DNA from: Elusimicrobiota bacterium
GTDB lineage: Bacteria > Elusimicrobiota > Elusimicrobia > UBA1565
Direction: 5' to 3'
Assembly (NCBI GenBank): GCA_043827405.1
Contig: JBDRPD010000017.1
Location: 1 to 40,542, forward strand
Length of the DNA: 40,542 nucleotides
Shown: positions 37,048 through 40,542 of the stretch, piece by piece
Numbering within the stretch: position 1 is the stretch's first letter
Layout: each line of letters begins with the position of its first letter
Notes under the pieces: model-generated
The model's input: the letters and a program-made list of their open reading frames with translations, nothing else
What the model was told of the DNA's origin: nothing
Database searches by the model: none
Position numbers and translations under genes: made by a program

Positions 37048-38226
37048 CTACGCCCCGCTGCCGAAAATCAGCCGCAGGGCGCGGACGACGTCGGCGGCGT
37101 CGCGGCGGCTGACGGCGTAGGAAAGAGGCAGCGAAAATGTCCGGGCGCCGATATAGGCGGAGTTCGGCAGGCCGCCCCGGGGCGCGGGGAAGTGCTTCTT
37201 ATAGAACGGATGTTCGTGCACCGGGATATAATGGACGCCCGAGCCGATGCGCAGCTGGTGTAGCCGCCGCAGCACTTGGTCGCGGGCGATATCCGTTCGG
37301 CTGTCGTCGACGAGGCAGGTGAATAGGTGCCGGGCATGGCGGTCGCCGCGGCGCACCGGCGCCGGCAGCAGCAGGGGCAGTTCCCGCAGTTCCCGCAGGT
37401 AGAAGTCCCACAGCAGGCGCCGGTGCCGGTAGGCTTTTTCGAGACGCGCGAGCTGATGCAGCCCCAGCGAGGCCGCCAGGTCGGTGAGGTTGAATTTGTA
37501 GCCCGGCTCGATGACGGCGTAGTGCACGTAGCCGTCGTCGGAGAACCGCTCCCAGGCGTCTTCGGACAAGCCGTGCAGGGCTGCGCCGCGCAGGCGGCCC
37601 ATGGCTTTGCGCGTTTTGCTCACCAGCATGCCGCCTTCGCCGGTGGTCATGTTTTTAGTCACGTAAAAGCTGAAGGCGCCGTAGTCGCCGAAGGTGCCGC
37701 AGCGCCGGCCGCCGCTGGCGGCTTCGATCGCATGAGCGCAGTCCTCGATGACGGCGAGACCATGGGCGCGGGCGATTCCCATGATCTCGCGCATGGCGCA
37801 CGGCCGTCCCGCGAAATGCACGGGAAGGACGGCCTTCGTCCGCTTGCCGATGCGGCGGCGGATTTCCGCCGGATCGATGTTCATCGAATCCCGCTCGCAG
37901 TCGACGAGGACGGGCGTCAGGCCGGCGTTGACCACGGCGTTCGCGGTGGCGCAGAACGTCATGGAAGGAACAATGACTTCGGACCGCGGTTTGAGGCGCA
38001 GGCCTTTGAGCGCGAGAAACAGCGCGGCGGAGCCGGAGTTCAGCGCCAGCGCGTGCCGTGCGCCCAGGTGGCGGGCGAACTTCGCTTCCAGGCGGTGCGC
38101 CCGCGGGCCGCTGCCGATCCAGCCGGAATCAAGGCAGCGCCGGACCTCCCTCTTCTCGGCGCGGCCGATATACGGGGCGCCGAATACCAGATAGCTGCTG
38201 CGCCAGGGTTTTGGTCCGCGGCTCAT
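37048..38226 (-). CDS. DegT/DnrJ/EryC1/StrS sugar aminotransferase (ArnB/PseC-like)
   Basis: SGWIGSGP, NSGSAAL, PVHFAG, EDCAHA, SFYVTKNMTTGEGG, GYKFNLTD. Confidence 0.9.
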   Translation of the reverse strand: MSRGPKPWRSSYLVFGAPYIGRAEKREVRRCLDSGWIGSGPRAHRLEAKFARHLGARHALALNSGSAALFLALKGLRLKPRSEVIVPSMTFCATANAVVNAGLTPVLVDCERDSMNIDPAEIRRRIGKRTKAVLPVHFAGRPCAMREIMGIARAHGLAVIEDCAHAIEAASGGRRCGTFGDYGAFSFYVTKNMTTGEGGMLVSKTRKAMGRLRGAALHGLSEDAWERFSDDGYVHYAVIEPGYKFNLTDLAASLGLHQLARLEKAYRHRRLLWDFYLRELRELPLLLPAPVRRGDRHARHLFTCLVDDSRTDIARDQVLRRLHQLRIGSGVHYIPVHEHPFYKKHFPAPRGGLPNSAYIGARTFSLPLSYAVSRRDAADVVRALRLIFGSGA

Positions 38227-38237
38227 ATCAGGCCATT

Positions 38238-39353
38238 TTATCTTTCTTCAGCGTAGAGCCGCGCGTACTCCCGGAACATGCGCTCTTTGGCGAACTCCCG
38301 GCGGATCGTTTCGCGGCCGGCGGTTCCCAGGCGCGCGCGCAGGTCCGGGTTCCGGGCGAGCTGCATAACGTGCGCGAGCAGCTGGTCCTCGTCGGCGGCG
38401 ATATAGCCGGTCTCGTCCGGCCGCACGACTTCGCGGTTGCCCGGGATGTCGGATGCGACGACCGGCAGGCCGGCCGCCATGGCTTCCAGGACCGCGTTGG
38501 GCAGGCCCTCCCAGCGCGAAAAATGGACGAAGATGTCGGCCGTGGAGAGGCGGGCGAAGGCTTCGTGGCGCGGAAGCCAGCCCGTTATCTTCAGCTTCTC
38601 GGCCGCTCCCAGCTCTTCCTGGAGGGCCTGCACGCGGATGCTTAATTCGCCGCCCCCGATCCATTCGAAGCTCAGCCCGGGTCCCGTCGCTCGCGCCGCC
38701 AGGCGCACGAACGCTTCCGGGTGACGCGGGTAGCAAAGCCGGCCCGCGGCGCAGATCCGTACGCTGCCGTCGCGCGGAGGCTTCACGGCGTCATCCGGAA
38801 TGTCGCCCAGAAACGCGTCGCGTACGACGCGCACCCGGGGGGAGCCGATGAGCTCGCGCGCCAGGGCCGCTTCGCTCTCCGAAACGGCGACGATGGTTCC
38901 GATCCAGGATACGGATGATTCGAGAAAGCGGTACAGTCCCCGGCTCAAGGCGGAGCGGTCGCTTTGCTGGTGGGCATAGCCGCGCGGCGAGTACAGGATG
39001 ATCGGTACGCCGGCCGCGCGTGCGGCCGTGCGGCCCAGGAAGCCGGCCTTGGAGGAATGAGTATGGACGATGGCGGGCTGCGTTTCGCGGAATATCCGAT
39101 ACAGCTTCCGCCAGGCGCGCAGGTCGGACAGCGGCGAAATCTCCCGCACCATCTCGGGCACATGGTGGTAGCGCGCGGCGCCCCGCGCCAGCGCCTGGTA
39201 CTCCTCCGGGTTCGAGCCGGGGCGGACCGCGTAGACCAGATGCGTCTCGAAGAGCTCGGCGGGCAGCCCGCCGCACAGCGCCGCGACCTGAAAGCCGGTC
39301 CCGCCGGGACCGCCGCACTCAACGACCTGCATGATGCGCCGCCGGTTCGTCAT
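38238..39353 (-). CDS. GT4 family glycosyltransferase
   Basis: IVHTHSSKAGFLGR, DIFVHFSRWEGLPNAVLEAMAAG.PVVASDIPGNRE. Confidence 0.9.
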   Translation of the reverse strand: MTNRRRIMQVVECGGPGGTGFQVAALCGGLPAELFETHLVYAVRPGSNPEEYQALARGAARYHHVPEMVREISPLSDLRAWRKLYRIFRETQPAIVHTHSSKAGFLGRTAARAAGVPIILYSPRGYAHQQSDRSALSRGLYRFLESSVSWIGTIVAVSESEAALARELIGSPRVRVVRDAFLGDIPDDAVKPPRDGSVRICAAGRLCYPRHPEAFVRLAARATGPGLSFEWIGGGELSIRVQALQEELGAAEKLKITGWLPRHEAFARLSTADIFVHFSRWEGLPNAVLEAMAAGLPVVASDIPGNREVVRPDETGYIAADEDQLLAHVMQLARNPDLRARLGTAGRETIRREFAKERMFREYARLYAEER

Positions 39354-39360
39354 GCGAGGC

Positions 39361-40056
39361 TTAGTCCGCGATGCGGTAGCGCAGCAGGCACCATAGATAA
39401 CTGAACGCGTCCTTTAAGCCGATCTTCTTGCCTTCTTCGTAGGTGCGGCCGCTGTAGGAGATCGGCACTTCATATATCCGGGCTTTGCGCCGGCAGATTT
39501 TAGCGGTTACCTCGGGCTCGAAGCCGAACCGGTCGCTGCGCAGCGGAAAGCTTTTGAGGACCTCGGTCCGGAAGACCTTGTAGCAGACGCCCATGTCCGT
39601 CAGGTTGACGTTGTAGAGCAGGTTGGTGAGCAGGGTGAAGAAGGCGTTGGCCAGATAGTGCCAGAACAGCAGGACGCGGTGCGGGCCGCCCAGGAAGCGC
39701 GAGCCGTATACGACGTCGGCCCGGCCGTCGATGATGGGCTCGAGCAGCTGCGGATAATCCTTGGGATCGTACTCGAGGTCGGCGTCCTGGATGAGGGTGG
39801 TGTCGCCGGTGACCCGCTCGAGGGCGGTGCGGATCGCGGCGCCCTTGCCGCGGTTGCGCGCATGCCGCAGTACGGTGAGATCTCCGCCTTCCAGACGCCG
39901 CAGGATGTCGAGCGTCCCGTCGGTGGAGCAGTCGTCCACCGCGATGAGCTCTCGTTGGCAGGGAAGTTCCATCGCGCGTACGCGGCGGATCAGCTCTTCC
40001 ACGGTGAGCTTTTCGTTGTAGACGGGGATGATGATGCTAAGACGCTTTATCGGCAT
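39361..40056 (-). CDS. GT2 family, DPM1/ArnC-like polyprenol-phosphate glycosyltransferase
   Basis: IIPVYNE, DDCSTDGT, NRGKGAA, IQDADLEYDP, ADVVYGSRF, FGFEPE, EVPISY.GR. Confidence 0.9.
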   Translation of the reverse strand: MPIKRLSIIIPVYNEKLTVEELIRRVRAMELPCQRELIAVDDCSTDGTLDILRRLEGGDLTVLRHARNRGKGAAIRTALERVTGDTTLIQDADLEYDPKDYPQLLEPIIDGRADVVYGSRFLGGPHRVLLFWHYLANAFFTLLTNLLYNVNLTDMGVCYKVFRTEVLKSFPLRSDRFGFEPEVTAKICRRKARIYEVPISYSGRTYEEGKKIGLKDAFSYLWCLLRYRIAD

Positions 40057-40542
40057 GCTGGGAGTTTCTCCGTGCGTAAATCTGGTGCAGGAACGATGCG
40101 GCGAAAATAAAAAGGCAGGGGAAATACTGGGGACGGTGCCGGGTCGCGCCGCCGAGGTCGTATTCGAAGAGCCCGTAGCATAGCGCCGTCAGGCAAAAGA
40201 ACGCGGCCAGCGCCAGGGGCGCGGGCTTCACGCTGGGCGTTTTGACCCAATATGCGGCCGCCAGCAGGAAAGCCGCGAGCAACCCCGTATTTTCCAGCGC
40301 GGCGAGCCGTCGTCCCAGCTTCCCTTCCAGAGGGAAGAACCCCGGCAGCGGCATGAACAGCGCGTACAGGGTTCCCCGGGGCAGATAGCGCGCTACGTCC
40401 CACCAGCTGTGAAACTCCGCATCGGGGAAAACCTGGGTATGAATCCTGCGTCCCGAGAATCGCGCCGCCCATTTTTGGTCTTCGCTGTGCCGGATTTTAC
40501 GAAATTGAGTCAGCCCTTCGGGGCTGAACGGGCGGATGTTCT
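40037..40542 (-). CDS. Partial (5' end outside the window) multi-pass membrane protein, possibly Wzy-like or GT-C
   Basis: The frame of the 40037-40354 ORF stays open to the window end (...WWDVARYLPRGTLYALFMPLPG...LEN...GGATRHR); hydrophobic. Confidence 0.55.
   Translation of the reverse strand, partial: NIRPFSPEGLTQFRKIRHSEDQKWAARFSGRRIHTQVFPDAEFHSWWDVARYLPRGTLYALFMPLPGFFPLEGKLGRRLAALENTGLLAAFLLAAAYWVKTPSVKPAPLALAAFFCLTALCYGLFEYDLGGATRHRPQYFPCLFIFAASFLHQIYARRNSQHADKAS

Overview
This is a high-GC (by eye) chromosomal window from a diderm bacterium. It encodes LptFG and outer-membrane beta-barrels, and the gene content is suggestive of Elusimicrobiota, although that assignment is inference only. 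From left to right it contains: (1) a nucleotide-sugar dehydrogenase; (2) a signalling block with two orphan histidine kinases, each converging on one copy of a duplicated Cys-motif protein (DUF6901-like), with the second copy directly behind a higBA-type toxin-antitoxin pair in a lower-GC segment; (3) comF and a ~1,900-aa SprA-like outer-membrane protein divergent from lptFG; (4) sodB-ahpC; (5) a PorV/TraF-like barrel, scoAB, metK and a nucleotidyltransferase-phosphohexomutase-nucleotidyltransferase operon; (6) a long glycosylation locus with GT4, GT2, a GT2-methyltransferase fusion, two DegT aminotransferases, a WcaJ-type priming transferase and several GT-C-like membrane proteins. The best candidates for undescribed biology are the repeated kinase/Cys-protein module with shared C-terminal amphipathic tails, the SprA-like plus PorV-like (T9SS-like) pair with no other T9SS genes in the window, and the GT-C-rich glycosylation system. 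Many genes also have a -10 box 7-9 nt before the start codon and no clear Shine-Dalgarno (SD) sequence, suggesting leaderless mRNAs. No rRNA, tRNA, CRISPR array or transposase was seen.
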